Shown here: positions 19,716 through 27,795 of the stretch, piece by piece
Layout of the letters: the number at the start of each line of letters is the position of its first letter
Position numbering within the stretch: position 1 is the stretch's first letter
Sequence record: OR896834.1
Direction: 5' to 3' (one strand)
Origin: Escherichia phage Baret
DNA: 64,000 nucleotides
Notes under the pieces: generated by a model
Seen by the model: the letters and a program-made list of their open reading frames with translations, nothing else
The model's database searches: none
Told to the model about the DNA's origin: nothing
Made by a program: the position numbers and the translations under genes

Positions 19716-20033
19716 ATGACTTTTCATATTTTGATTGATGATGTGCGTAATCTTCATGGAATGGACATTATCATTCGAACCCCAGAAGCCGCTGTAGAGT
19801 TTCTGAATAAAACTGATACCACAGGCCATTTCGTTTATATGGATAATGACTTGGCTGTAGATGGTATGGAAGGTTATCAAATTCTTCGTTTACTCTTAGA
19901 ATTTGGGCAGAGACCAAAGAAAGTGGTACTAGTAACCTCGAACCCAGTAGCTAAGCAAAATATGCGTAATGATTTGCTTGACTTAGGGTATAAAGAAAAT
20001 CCCAATCGTGTTGAATATGATTGGCAGGAGTAA
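19716..20033 (+). CDS. hypothetical protein (105 aa)
   Basis: ORF track. Confidence 0.45.
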   Translation: MTFHILIDDVRNLHGMDIIIRTPEAAVEFLNKTDTTGHFVYMDNDLAVDGMEGYQILRLLLEFGQRPKKVVLVTSNPVAKQNMRNDLLDLGYKENPNRVEYDWQE

Positions 20034-20038
20034 AAAGA

Positions 20039-20488
20039 ATGAAGGCAGCTTTGCTTTTAGTAGCTGCCCTTACCTTCAGCTTTAGTAGTCAGGCATCGCA
20101 CGATGCAAAAGAAATAGATTGCATTGCTAAAAATATCTATTTCGAAAGTCGTGGTGAGGGCATAAAGGGAATGACGGCGATTGCACATGTTACTAAAAAC
20201 CGTGTAAACTCCGGTAAATTCCCAGATTCCTACTGTAAAGTAGTATATCAGTCTAACCAGTTCTCTTGGGTATCTAAGAGACCAAAAGTTGATAAAACTG
20301 ATGAGGCTTGGCAAACCGCCAAGAATTTAGCTAGAGTGATATACTACGTTGATTTACCACAAGATCCTACACATGGAGCACTATACTTCCATAGTGGTAA
20401 AGATAAACCTTACTGGACAAAGAAGTTTAAGAAAACAACTAAGATTAAGGGACATACGTTTTATAAACCTGTTGTCACTAAAACTTAA
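20039..20488 (+). CDS. secreted SleB-like cell-wall hydrolase-like protein
   Basis: ATG 20039; signal peptide MKAALLLVAALTFSFSSQA; NIYFESRGEG...AHVTKNR resembles SleB/Hydrolase_2 family. Confidence 0.5.
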   Translation: MKAALLLVAALTFSFSSQASHDAKEIDCIAKNIYFESRGEGIKGMTAIAHVTKNRVNSGKFPDSYCKVVYQSNQFSWVSKRPKVDKTDEAWQTAKNLARVIYYVDLPQDPTHGALYFHSGKDKPYWTKKFKKTTKIKGHTFYKPVVTKT

Positions 20489-20496
20489 AAATTTAC

Positions 20497-20525
20497 TTGC
20501 TTAAATACTTAAATTTCCGTATAAT
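20497..20525 (+). promoter_or_regulatory. early promoter (TTGCTT-17-TATAAT)
   Basis: -35 20497-20502, -10 20520-20525. Confidence 0.6.
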
Positions 20526-20556
20526 ACTTCCATAAATTAATGAGAGGAAGCGAAAT

Positions 20557-20727
20557 ATGAAATCAGTTGTAATTATTGGTGTTAACACTCGCGGTATTCG
20601 TACTACGAAAACTGTTAAAACTTCTAACGTTGCTGAGATCACTACGAACCCTAAAAAGTTTGATTTCGCCAAAGTCTCAGCAGTTATGACAGAACGATCT
20701 TTTAACCAAGCGTTAGGAATGAAATAA
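20557..20727 (+). CDS. hypothetical small protein (56 aa)
   Basis: ATG 20557 with SD GAGAGGAAG after promoter; below ORF-track size cut-off. Confidence 0.35.
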   Translation: MKSVVIIGVNTRGIRTTKTVKTSNVAEITTNPKKFDFAKVSAVMTERSFNQALGMK

Positions 20728-21170
20728 TGGAAGAGAATATTTTAGATGTTTTGCGTAGAGCTTTGCAGGATTCTAAGTTTAATGGTTCTGATAAAGAAGT
20801 CGCTAAAAGCTATCAGACCATAATCGGGGATCTTCAGCGTATTAATAAAGATTTCATCACTTCTGAACAATTTGTGTCTTATCTCAAAGCTCAACTAAAA
20901 AGCATTAACCAGATGAAAGCTAAACTTCATGGTCAAGATCTTGATAGTTATAGCTTGCAGTCCGCTCAGTATGAATACATTCTAAATAAGTGGTTGCAGG
21001 AGTATCTGCCTCCTCAGTTATCTGATACTGAGATTCGTAAATACTTTGCAGAATTAGTTAAGCTAAACCCTGGAATTACAAAAGGTATGCTAATGAAAGC
21101 GATTAAGGAAGAATTTCCTGGGCGTTATGATGGTGGTACTGCTGCTCAGATTGCTGGCGAATTTAATTAA
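20727..21170 (+). CDS. hypothetical protein (147 aa)
   Basis: ORF track. Confidence 0.45.
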   Translation: MEENILDVLRRALQDSKFNGSDKEVAKSYQTIIGDLQRINKDFITSEQFVSYLKAQLKSINQMKAKLHGQDLDSYSLQSAQYEYILNKWLQEYLPPQLSDTEIRKYFAELVKLNPGITKGMLMKAIKEEFPGRYDGGTAAQIAGEFN

Positions 21171-21178
21171 AAATTTAT

Positions 21179-21207
21179 TTGCTAAATGCTTATAAATTCT
21201 GTATAAT
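21179..21207 (+). promoter_or_regulatory. early promoter followed by ~800 nt without ORF
   Basis: -35 21179-21184, -10 21202-21207; reads into non-coding stretch then tRNA-Arg. Confidence 0.6.
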
Positions 21208-22019
21208 ATATTCATAAATTAGAGAACAGCGAGCCGATTACGCTGAACTTGTCTTAATGTAAGATGCGTCAAGCACTAAGATTCGTTGAATAGAGTCGGT
21301 GGGTTAGTTGTAAAACTAGTACACAGGGGGCGGCAATCCCGGTTAGTGGCTAGAACGTGTAAAATGAGGCGTCTGAAACCTCTCCCCTAAACTCTTCTCT
21401 AATTTATAAATAGTGGGGTGTGGAAATCACTTATGTAGTAACACTGCCGTCCTAGTATAATTGGTATTATCAAGCCGTAACTGGTGGAAGATGTAGGTTC
21501 GAATCCTACGGTCGGTAAGAACTGGATAACTGATGCTTTTAACGTAAAAGCTTCCGAGGTTAGTTGCGCACTGCCTAAACCACGCGGTAGTTGGTTCCAG
21601 ACTAACCAACCAGTCTGCTGAATAGTTTTATTACGATTTAACTATGCCCAGGCTAAAGAAGAACTTTAGAAGGTATTCTAGGGTAGTGAAGTTCTTTCTC
21701 CATATCGGAGTAGTTTTTCAAGCTATCCACAAAGTGGGAAATGCTGACATGAGAGATGTCACTAATGGTGCACAATAGCACAGGTAATTCGCGATAACTC
21801 CTGTTGAGTAGCAGCAAAAGGTGGGAAGTCATGACCCCAAGCCTAACCGAGTCCTCAATATACCGCAGGACATAACCACTAAGTCACCCTGACTTAAACT
21901 GGAAAATAATAGACGTTACCGTATTTTGTCTTGAAATACTTAATGAGTGAGACTTATGACTCTCCCGGTATCGTCTGTATTTTTAAGAGTTTTTACGAGA
22001 GTTCTTAAAAATACTTAAA

Positions 22020-22094
22020 CGGGGTGTAGTCTAAGGGATAGGCAGGAGTCTTCTAAATTCCTTTATGCAGGTTCGAATCCTGTCACCTCGGCCA
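22020..22094 (+). tRNA. tRNA-Arg (anticodon TCT)
   Basis: Hand-folded: 7-bp acceptor, anticodon loop CTTCTAA, T-arm GCAGG-TTCGAAT-CCTGT, encoded CCA. Confidence 0.8.
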
Positions 22095-22128
22095 ATTTTA
22101 TTAACTGTAACTAAAACAAAGGAAATAT

Positions 22129-23076
22129 ATGTTTAATACTAAAAATATGAAAGAACTAACTTCTGAGCAGAAAGTAATTCGTACTATTAAACGTTGGGGG
22201 ATTGGTGCTGTAGTTGGTTTAGCAGGTTTAATCCTAGCTTTTAATTCATATACTATTGTTTCTGATGGTACGGTTAAAACCCAAACATTTCTTGGTAAAG
22301 TAGATCCTAACCCAGTATTACCTGGTTTCCATCCTGTAAACCCATTTGCATCTTTCGATACTTTTAGTACAAAAGATATTGCTGTAAAATTAGATAAACT
22401 TCAGGTTCCTAGCCAGGATAAGTTTAAATCCACTGTTGACCTGACTGTTATGTTGCAGTTTGATGGTTCTAAGGCACCGATTAACCGTATTAATGCAGGT
22501 ACTCAGGATCAAGCATTAGACAAATATGTAACTGAAAAATTACTGTCTACTATTCGTGAGTTTGGTAAGTCTGTACCTAAAGCACAAGATTTATTTGATG
22601 CTAAAATTCAGGCTCAATTGCAAACTGCAATTCAACAGGAAGTTGAAGAGTATGCACGCCCATATGGCTACACAGTTAAGCAGGTGTTTCTTCAGGATAT
22701 TACTTTGCCACCAGTAATCATGGAACAGGTACAGAATACCAAAGTTCGTGAAGAGCAAGTTAATGCTGCAAAAGCTGAACTGGCTCGCGTTGAACAAGAA
22801 GCTCAGCAGAAAGTTAAACAAGCAGAAGCAGACCGTGAAGCTCGTAATAACCAAGCTATTGCTAACGAACGCGACGCAGATGCTAAACTGTATGCAGCTA
22901 AGAAAGAAGCTGAAGCTAACGCCGCGCTGCAACGTACCATTACTCCTGAGATGATTCGCTGGAAGCAACTAGAAGTTGAAATGATTCGTGCTCAGAAGTA
23001 TCAAGGTGGTGTACCGCAGACTGTGGTTGGCACTGGTTACGATGGCCAGATGATTATGGATATGCGTAATAAGTAA
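22129..23076 (+). CDS. SPFH/band-7 (stomatin/prohibitin-like) membrane protein
   Basis: 315 aa; N-terminal TM helix, SPFH-like core, long Ala/Glu/Gln-rich coiled coil. Confidence 0.65.
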   Translation: MFNTKNMKELTSEQKVIRTIKRWGIGAVVGLAGLILAFNSYTIVSDGTVKTQTFLGKVDPNPVLPGFHPVNPFASFDTFSTKDIAVKLDKLQVPSQDKFKSTVDLTVMLQFDGSKAPINRINAGTQDQALDKYVTEKLLSTIREFGKSVPKAQDLFDAKIQAQLQTAIQQEVEEYARPYGYTVKQVFLQDITLPPVIMEQVQNTKVREEQVNAAKAELARVEQEAQQKVKQAEADREARNNQAIANERDADAKLYAAKKEAEANAALQRTITPEMIRWKQLEVEMIRAQKYQGGVPQTVVGTGYDGQMIMDMRNK

Positions 23077-23100
23077 TATCCACGCGTAATATTCGAAGTA

Positions 23101-23133
23101 AGCCCTGTGTTTCCTGGAGAGCGCAGGGCTTTT
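23101..23133 (+). terminator. intrinsic terminator after SPFH gene
   Basis: AGCCCTG...CAGGGCT hairpin followed by TTTT. Confidence 0.6.
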
Positions 23134-23173
23134 CTGTATAATGTATTTATACAACTAACTAGGGGATCAAATA

Positions 23174-23692
23174 ATGACTGTTGATGAACTAACAGAACAT
23201 CTCTTATCTAGAGGGTTTGATACAGATAAATATCACTGCTGGCTAAGCCCAGAAGGATGGCTAACAGTCCCATTGTATGACTTCTCTGGGATGTTGAGAG
23301 GCTATCAGACTTATAATCCTTCTGCTCCAAAAGGTCATGGTAAATGCCCCTTTGAAGCTAGATATTTTACTTATTCTACTACACAGTGTGTATGGGGACT
23401 AGAAACTCTCAATGGAGACGAAAAAGTAGTATTGATTGCTGAATCTGTATTTAAGGCAGTTGCGTTACATAACGCTGGTTATCCAGCCCTGGCAATGTTG
23501 GGTTCTTCCCCCGGAAAAGCGTTGTTAAAGCAATTGAAATTACTACCTTTTAAATTGGTAGCTGTTGGGGATAATGATCCTGCTGGTGAAAAATTTGCTA
23601 GACAATTAAATGGATTTGTTTCTCCTGTAGATGTGGATGAGATGTCTACCGAAAACTTGAAAAATTTTCTTGCTATGAAGCTAAATTTCTAA
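23174..23692 (+). CDS. Toprim-domain protein (172 aa)
   Basis: VVLIAESVFKAV...LVAVGDNDPAGEKFA matches Toprim E...DxD core. Confidence 0.5.
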   Translation: MTVDELTEHLLSRGFDTDKYHCWLSPEGWLTVPLYDFSGMLRGYQTYNPSAPKGHGKCPFEARYFTYSTTQCVWGLETLNGDEKVVLIAESVFKAVALHNAGYPALAMLGSSPGKALLKQLKLLPFKLVAVGDNDPAGEKFARQLNGFVSPVDVDEMSTENLKNFLAMKLNF

Positions 23693-23698
23693 TATAAT
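23670..23698 (+). promoter_or_regulatory. early promoter driving tRNA genes
   Basis: -35 23670-23675, -10 23693-23698; overlaps 3' end of Toprim ORF. Confidence 0.55.
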
Positions 23699-23712
23699 AT
23701 ATTTATAAATTC

Positions 23713-23801
23713 GGAAGAATAGCATAACGGTATTGCAGCAGATTGCTAATCTGTCGGTTTGAAATATAGCCTTGTGGGTTCGATTCCCACTTCTTCCGCC
23801 A
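23713..23801 (+). tRNA. tRNA-Ser (anticodon GCT)
   Basis: Acceptor GGAAGAA/TTCTTCC, loop TTGCTAA, long variable arm, T-arm GTGGG-TTCGATT-CCCAC, CCA. Confidence 0.8.
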
Positions 23802-23807
23802 AATTCT

Positions 23808-23885
23808 GGTTCTCAAGCTCATATGGTATGAGCACCCGGCTCATAACCGGAAGGTACGTAGGTTCGAATCCTCGGGGAGCCACCA
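23808..23885 (+). tRNA. tRNA with CAT anticodon (Met/fMet/Ile2 type)
   Basis: 7-bp acceptor (2 GU), D-stem GCTC/GAGC, loop CTCATAA, CCA; T-stem imperfect. Confidence 0.6.
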
Positions 23886-24101
23886 ACTTAATTAGGGGAT
23901 TACAAGTGGAATTATACATAGTTTATGTTGTGTTTATTCAAGATAGAGAATACCCTGATGAATATAAAAAAGGATATAGGTTAGCCAGAGCTACTTCTGA
24001 AGCCCAAGCTATGGATAAAGTGGCAGATTATATGCTTACAGTAGAAAACGTACACTACATCGACTACCTTGAAGCCTCAAAAGTAATTGACTAAACTACA
24101 C

Positions 24102-24178
24102 GGGGGTGTAATCGAATTGGCATAGGTACTGGACTTAAAATTCAGGTTTTGTGGGTTCGAATCCCACCACCCCTACCA
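24102..24178 (+). tRNA. tRNA-like gene, anticodon loop CTTAAAA (TAA, Leu-type) with short variable loop
   Basis: 7-bp acceptor, AC stem CTGGA/TTCAG, T-arm GTGGG-TTCGAAT-CCCAC, CCA; type-I architecture unusual for Leu. Confidence 0.55.
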
Positions 24179-24353
24179 AATTAAGGAAATAAGATGTATA
24201 GACACCCACCTCCGCCAACACGTCGTTCTAGAGAAGTTATCCTCATGGAATTGACTAAAAACTTCAAGGCAACTCTTGAGGATAGAGATTTAGGCACGGA
24301 TGAAGACATTGATTTTATTTGTAGACTATTAAAGATGAAACTGGAGAAACAAC

Positions 24354-24560
24354 ATGGCTAATCCTGAAATTACCATGCAACGATTCATGGCTAAAGGCAT
24401 GATAGCTGAGGCAGGCATTGAACAAGAAGTAAAAAGTTATTACGAACAGATTAAGGGTATTGTAGACTCGGCTAAAAACACCGGAGAAAAAGAACATGGT
24501 GCGGCAATTATGGCTATAACTCTTATTAGTCTAGACTTGGCCGAAGAATCTGGAGTTTAG
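24354..24560 (+). CDS. hypothetical protein (68 aa)
   Basis: ORF track. Confidence 0.35.
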   Translation: MANPEITMQRFMAKGMIAEAGIEQEVKSYYEQIKGIVDSAKNTGEKEHGAAIMAITLISLDLAEESGV

Positions 24561-24590
24561 CTCCTCCAAACAGAATTTTTAAAAATGTAC

Positions 24591-24620
24591 TTGCCTTTTG
24601 CCTTAAATTTCTGATATAAT
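24591..24620 (+). promoter_or_regulatory. early promoter (TTGCCT-18-TATAAT)
   Basis: -35 24591-24596, -10 24615-24620. Confidence 0.55.
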
Positions 24621-24650
24621 AATTATATAAATTGATGGAGGAGTTAACGA

Positions 24651-24926
24651 ATGCAAAATCGTGTTGTAGCAACTGGTATTGAAAGTGCAATCTGTAAATC
24701 CTGGGAAGGCTGGGAAGGTGAGATTGAATGGCTTTATTTCTATGATGTAGAACTTCTACCGGAAGTTAAAGCTAAATGTATTGAAGCTGGCATGGCTCCA
24801 GATGCAAAAGCTGATATTGATATTTTAATGTCTGAACTTAAAGGTCGTGTAGTTACCGTTAGTAATGAGGGCGAAGAAGTTTTCGAACTTCCATTTTCCT
24901 TAACTGTCACTCCTAAGTTCGACTAA
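24651..24926 (+). CDS. hypothetical protein (91 aa)
   Basis: ORF track; SD GGAGGAG. Confidence 0.45.
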   Translation: MQNRVVATGIESAICKSWEGWEGEIEWLYFYDVELLPEVKAKCIEAGMAPDAKADIDILMSELKGRVVTVSNEGEEVFELPFSLTVTPKFD

Positions 24927-24962
24927 CTAATACAGCACTGAGCAAGTTCTTTAAAATTTGAC

Positions 24963-24991
24963 TTGCTCAGTGCCTTAAAACTTGATATAAT
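24963..24991 (+). promoter_or_regulatory. early promoter driving tRNA genes
   Basis: -35 TTGCTC 24963-24968, -10 TATAAT 24986-24991. Confidence 0.55.
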
Positions 24992-25007
24992 AGTTATCTA
25001 ATTCGGA

Positions 25008-25057
25008 AACATATTTAAAAGTGTTTAAACTAGTATTTGAATACTTTTAAATATGTT
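25008..25057. repeat. 14-bp inverted repeat between promoter and tRNA-Tyr
   Basis: AACATATTTAAAAG ... CTTTTAAATATGTT, arms ~22 nt apart. Confidence 0.6.
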
Positions 25058-25145
25058 GGATTAGTATCGTAGAGGTAGCGAAGCAGACTGTAAATCTGCC
25101 GACTCGGAAGGGTCTCGGGTGGTTCGACTCCATCATCCAACACCA
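25055..25145 (+). tRNA. tRNA-Tyr (anticodon GTA)
   Basis: Acceptor GTTGGAT/ATCCAAC, AC stem GCAGA/TCTGC loop CTGTAAA, long variable arm, CCA. Confidence 0.85.
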
Positions 25146-25152
25146 AATTTAA

Positions 25153-25229
25153 GTCCTGTTAGACAAACTGGTAAAGTCACTACCCTTTCAAGGTAGGGTT
25201 TGCGGGTTCGATCCCCGCACAGGACGCCA
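25153..25229 (+). tRNA. tRNA-Glu (anticodon TTC)
   Basis: Acceptor GTCCTGT/ACAGGAC, AC stem CTACC/GGTAG loop CTTTCAA, T-arm GCGGG-TTCGATC-CCCGC, CCA. Confidence 0.85.
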
Positions 25230-25238
25230 ATTAATAAT

Positions 25239-25309
25239 TGGGGTACGCATAGGTTGCAAATGGGCCTCCAAAACCCATGAAAAGGTTTCGAATACCTTTA
25301 CCCCTGCCA
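25239..25309 (+). tRNA. tRNA-Trp (anticodon CCA), U1-U72 mismatch
   Basis: 6/7 acceptor pairs, loop CTCCAAA, T-arm AAGGT-TTCGAAT-ACCTT, CCA. Confidence 0.6.
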
Positions 25310-25315
25310 AAATTT

Positions 25316-25390
25316 GCACCTTTAGCTGAGATGGATTAGCGCTTGCCTGAAGAGCTTGAGAGGTTCGTTCGATACGAACAGGGTGCACCA
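25316..25390 (+). tRNA. atypical tRNA-like gene (possible Phe GAA; non-canonical T-arm)
   Basis: Acceptor GCACCTT/AGGGTGC pairs and CCA present, loop CTGAAGA possible, but T-arm does not fold canonically. Confidence 0.35.
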
Positions 25391-25407
25391 AATTGAAGGA
25401 GATGCTG

Positions 25408-25677
25408 ATGCATCCTGAAAACTTCTTTATTTACTGCGCGGATAAGTTGCTGAAACGTAGAATTAACAAAGTCTATCATTATCGTGTTAGTCAACAGCCT
25501 TATGTATACGCTTTTGACGGTGATCACATTTCATTAGAACAATTATCTTGTGATTACATGATATTGAAGAACTTTGACGAGACGAAGATCTCAAGCGTTC
25601 ACAATCGACAGAATCCATTAACGTGGAAATATAAGAAAAAGAAAGGCATCAAATTCTTAAAAAATGTAGTTGCTTAG
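25408..25677 (+). CDS. hypothetical protein (89 aa)
   Basis: ATG 25408 with AAGGAG 6 nt upstream; track TTG 25393 trimmed. Confidence 0.4.
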   Translation: MHPENFFIYCADKLLKRRINKVYHYRVSQQPYVYAFDGDHISLEQLSCDYMILKNFDETKISSVHNRQNPLTWKYKKKKGIKFLKNVVA

Positions 25678-25698
25678 TTTCCAAAAGTTCTGTATAAT
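25670..25698 (+). promoter_or_regulatory. early promoter (TTGCTT-17-TATAAT)
   Basis: -35 25670-25675, -10 25693-25698. Confidence 0.55.
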
Positions 25699-25727
25699 AA
25701 ATACATAAATTGAACTGGAGAAGCAAC

Positions 25728-25946
25728 ATGACAGAACAAGAATTGAATGAACGTAAGCTAGTAATGCTTCGCTTACTAAATATTTTCTCTGGTATGGACG
25801 GTGGTGGTGATTTCTTAAGACTTAAGGTATTTACAGAAACTGCCGAAGGTGATGCAATCTCTAGAGTTATTAGGAACATGGGAAGCCTGCTAGATGTGGC
25901 TGGAGTAGCTACTCAATACACCTTAGATAATCCTACTGGAGAATAA
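25728..25946 (+). CDS. hypothetical protein (72 aa)
   Basis: ATG 25728 with SD GGAGAAG. Confidence 0.4.
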   Translation: MTEQELNERKLVMLRLLNIFSGMDGGGDFLRLKVFTETAEGDAISRVIRNMGSLLDVAGVATQYTLDNPTGE

Positions 25947-26138
25947 ATGAGAAGATTAGTTAGATTTAAGTGTTGTAGTTCTGAACATATTTTCACACAT
26001 CTTCGTGAATTTAAAATGTGTGATTGTGGTAAATCAGGCTATGACTCTGGAAATGGGTTCTACACCCGTACTCTAGGGAACTTCAATGATTTAGAATTTG
26101 AAGATCTCGAAAAACAAGATAAACCGACCGTTGGCTGA
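25947..26138 (+). CDS. small Cys-rich (zinc-finger-like) protein
   Basis: 63 aa; CC...CDC cysteines; 3' end overlaps tRNA-Cys. Confidence 0.4.
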   Translation: MRRLVRFKCCSSEHIFTHLREFKMCDCGKSGYDSGNGFYTRTLGNFNDLEFEDLEKQDKPTVG

Positions 26139-26200
26139 ATGGCTTAGGCGAAGGATTGCAAATCCTTTTTATGTGAGTTCAAATCTCATGCGGTCGTCCA
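26125..26200 (+). tRNA. tRNA-Cys (anticodon GCA)
   Basis: Acceptor CGACCGT/GCGGTCG, AC stem AAGGA/TCCTT loop TTGCAAA, T-arm GTGAG-TTCAAAT-CTCAT, CCA. Confidence 0.8.
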
Positions 26201-26221
26201 AATTACTAAAGGAAAGAAGTA

Positions 26222-26740
26222 GTGCATACAAAAGTTTTTGATAGTTTGGTAAAGAAAGGCGTTGTTACTAACGAGCCCTTCTATATAACCGCAGAACTAA
26301 TCCAGAGATTTATGGAAGAATATATAAATCTTTCAGGAACCAATGGTAATACCAAAAAGAATACAAATACTATGTATTCGAGAAAACTTGCTGCACTTTC
26401 CTTTATAAAGTTTAAGCAGGAAAATAAACTTCCTATTTCTGAAGGTTTTGTATACTGTATTAGTAATCCTGCATGGAAAAATCAGTATAAAATAGGTATG
26501 AGTCAAAATCCAAAAGAGAGATTAGCTCAATATCAGACTTATTCCCCTTATAGGGATTATAAGTTAGAGCATTGGTCTTTTTGGTTTGACAAACGAAAAG
26601 GTGAAAAACTAATTCACCAGTATTTCAAAGATTTAAAAGAACATGAGTGGTTTAGTATAAATTCTAGGGATCTTAGTAAATATCTAGAACGTATTAACTC
26701 TAGTTCTGACTTATATGGTTCCTTAGCTCTAATTGGTTAG
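26222..26740 (+). CDS. T5orf172-type GIY-YIG-like nuclease-domain protein
   Basis: 172 aa; GFVYCISNP...YKIGMSQNPKER motif; true start may be internal Met; last ~24 nt overlap tRNA-Asn. Confidence 0.55.
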   Translation: MHTKVFDSLVKKGVVTNEPFYITAELIQRFMEEYINLSGTNGNTKKNTNTMYSRKLAALSFIKFKQENKLPISEGFVYCISNPAWKNQYKIGMSQNPKERLAQYQTYSPYRDYKLEHWSFWFDKRKGEKLIHQYFKDLKEHEWFSINSRDLSKYLERINSSSDLYGSLALIG

Positions 26741-26794
26741 AGCGGCATCTTGTTAAGTTGAGGGTTGCTGGTTCGAATCCAACAGGAACCGCCA
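26717..26794 (+). tRNA. tRNA-Asn (anticodon GTT)
   Basis: Acceptor GGTTCCT/AGGAACC, D-stem GCTC/GAGC, loop TTGTTAA, CCA; AC stem has 2 mismatches. Confidence 0.7.
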
Positions 26795-26896
26795 AATTCT
26801 GTGTAGAGTTAAGTAAACCGGTAGCCAACCAGCTATCATTGCTGACATCGAATTCAGCCATAGATACCATTTTCGTTAATAACTGAGGAAACAAGC

Positions 26897-27082
26897 ATGT
26901 CCAAGAATGTAATTGCGCAGCTAGAAGTTCATCGTGATAGCACTATCAACAATATTGAAGTTGAGAAGAAATACATAGAAGAACTTAAACATGATATACT
27001 GGTAAGTCTCAACCGTCTTAATGTACGAAAAGAGTTTCTTAAAGAACTTAATGCAGCTATTGAAAAACTCAAAGCTGAGTAA
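26897..27082 (+). CDS. hypothetical coiled-coil protein (61 aa)
   Basis: ORF track. Confidence 0.35.
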   Translation: MSKNVIAQLEVHRDSTINNIEVEKKYIEELKHDILVSLNRLNVRKEFLKELNAAIEKLKAE

Positions 27083-27091
27083 ATGAATTAT

Positions 27092-27168
27092 GCGACCGGG
27101 GCTGGCTTGGTAATGGTACTCCCCTGTCACGGGAGAGAATGTGGGTTCAAATCCCATCGGTCGCGCCA
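27092..27168 (+). tRNA. tRNA-Asp (anticodon GTC)
   Basis: Acceptor GCGACCG/CGGTCGC, AC stem CTCCC/GGGAG loop CTGTCAC, T-arm GTGGG-TTCAAAT-CCCAT, CCA. Confidence 0.85.
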
Positions 27169-27185
27169 AATAAGGTAGGTTAGCT

Positions 27186-27344
27186 ATGGAACGTAGGGAG
27201 TTTACTCCAGAAGAGATAGAGCAGATAAAAGAATCTGCTATGAAAAATGCTAGAATATCTCTGTCACTGGAAGGTATCATTATTAGTGATGTAAACTTTG
27301 AAAAAATCAAAGCCATAGCTGATGAACTGGAAAAAGTAATTTAA
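27186..27344 (+). CDS. hypothetical small protein (52 aa)
   Basis: ATG 27186 with SD AAGGTAGG; below ORF-track cut-off. Confidence 0.3.
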   Translation: MERREFTPEEIEQIKESAMKNARISLSLEGIIISDVNFEKIKAIADELEKVI

Positions 27345-27345
27345 T

Positions 27346-27421
27346 ACATCCATAGCTCAATGGTTAGAGCTACCGCCTCTTAAGCGGAGGGTTCTAGGTT
27401 CAAGTCCTAGTGGGTGTACCA
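27346..27421 (+). tRNA. tRNA-Lys (anticodon CTT)
   Basis: Acceptor ACATCCA/TGGGTGT, D-stem GCTC/GAGC, loop CTCTTAA, T-arm CTAGG-TTCAAGT-CCTAG, CCA. Confidence 0.75.
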
Positions 27422-27447
27422 AATTAAACTAGCACGAGAAATATGCT

Positions 27448-27795
27448 ATGATTAATGCTAAAGAAGAATTGTTACTTGCCCTAAAGAATACTAATTCTGA
27501 AGTTAAGTGTATTAAGATAGAATTCGGTTATTATGGGGATAAAGAAGTTTGGGTATTACCCGTAGGTTATACAGAAAAAGATATTGAAGATTTTCTAGAT
27601 AATCTAGACTTTAAATATGATTCTGGTTTCGGCGGACAATTGCTTTATGGTAACGTATGGTTTACCGATGGAACTTGGTTAGAACGTGGTGAATATGATG
27701 GTTCTGAATGGTGGGAATATAAGACTACACCAGCAATCCCAGAAGAATGCCGAACAATTAATGGTGAAGTAGATCGTACTTTACTATTAAATTAA
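27448..27795 (+). CDS. hypothetical protein (115 aa)
   Basis: ORF track. Confidence 0.45.
   Translation: MINAKEELLLALKNTNSEVKCIKIEFGYYGDKEVWVLPVGYTEKDIEDFLDNLDFKYDSGFGGQLLYGNVWFTDGTWLERGEYDGSEWWEYKTTPAIPEECRTINGEVDRTLLLN

Noticed and set aside
21446-21517. Candidate tRNA with T-arm GTAGG-TTCGAAT-CCTAC
   Set aside because: Acceptor stem has a mismatch and no 5-bp anticodon stem can be formed; likely a tRNA remnant or part of a larger structured RNA, so not called as a tRNA gene.
25188-25527. Minus-strand ORFs 25188-25391 and 25336-25527
   Set aside because: They lie antisense across tRNA-Glu, tRNA-Trp and the next tRNA-like gene; the same reasoning rejects 26700-26894, 26921-27316, 28266-28532, 30493-30681 and 30699-30941.
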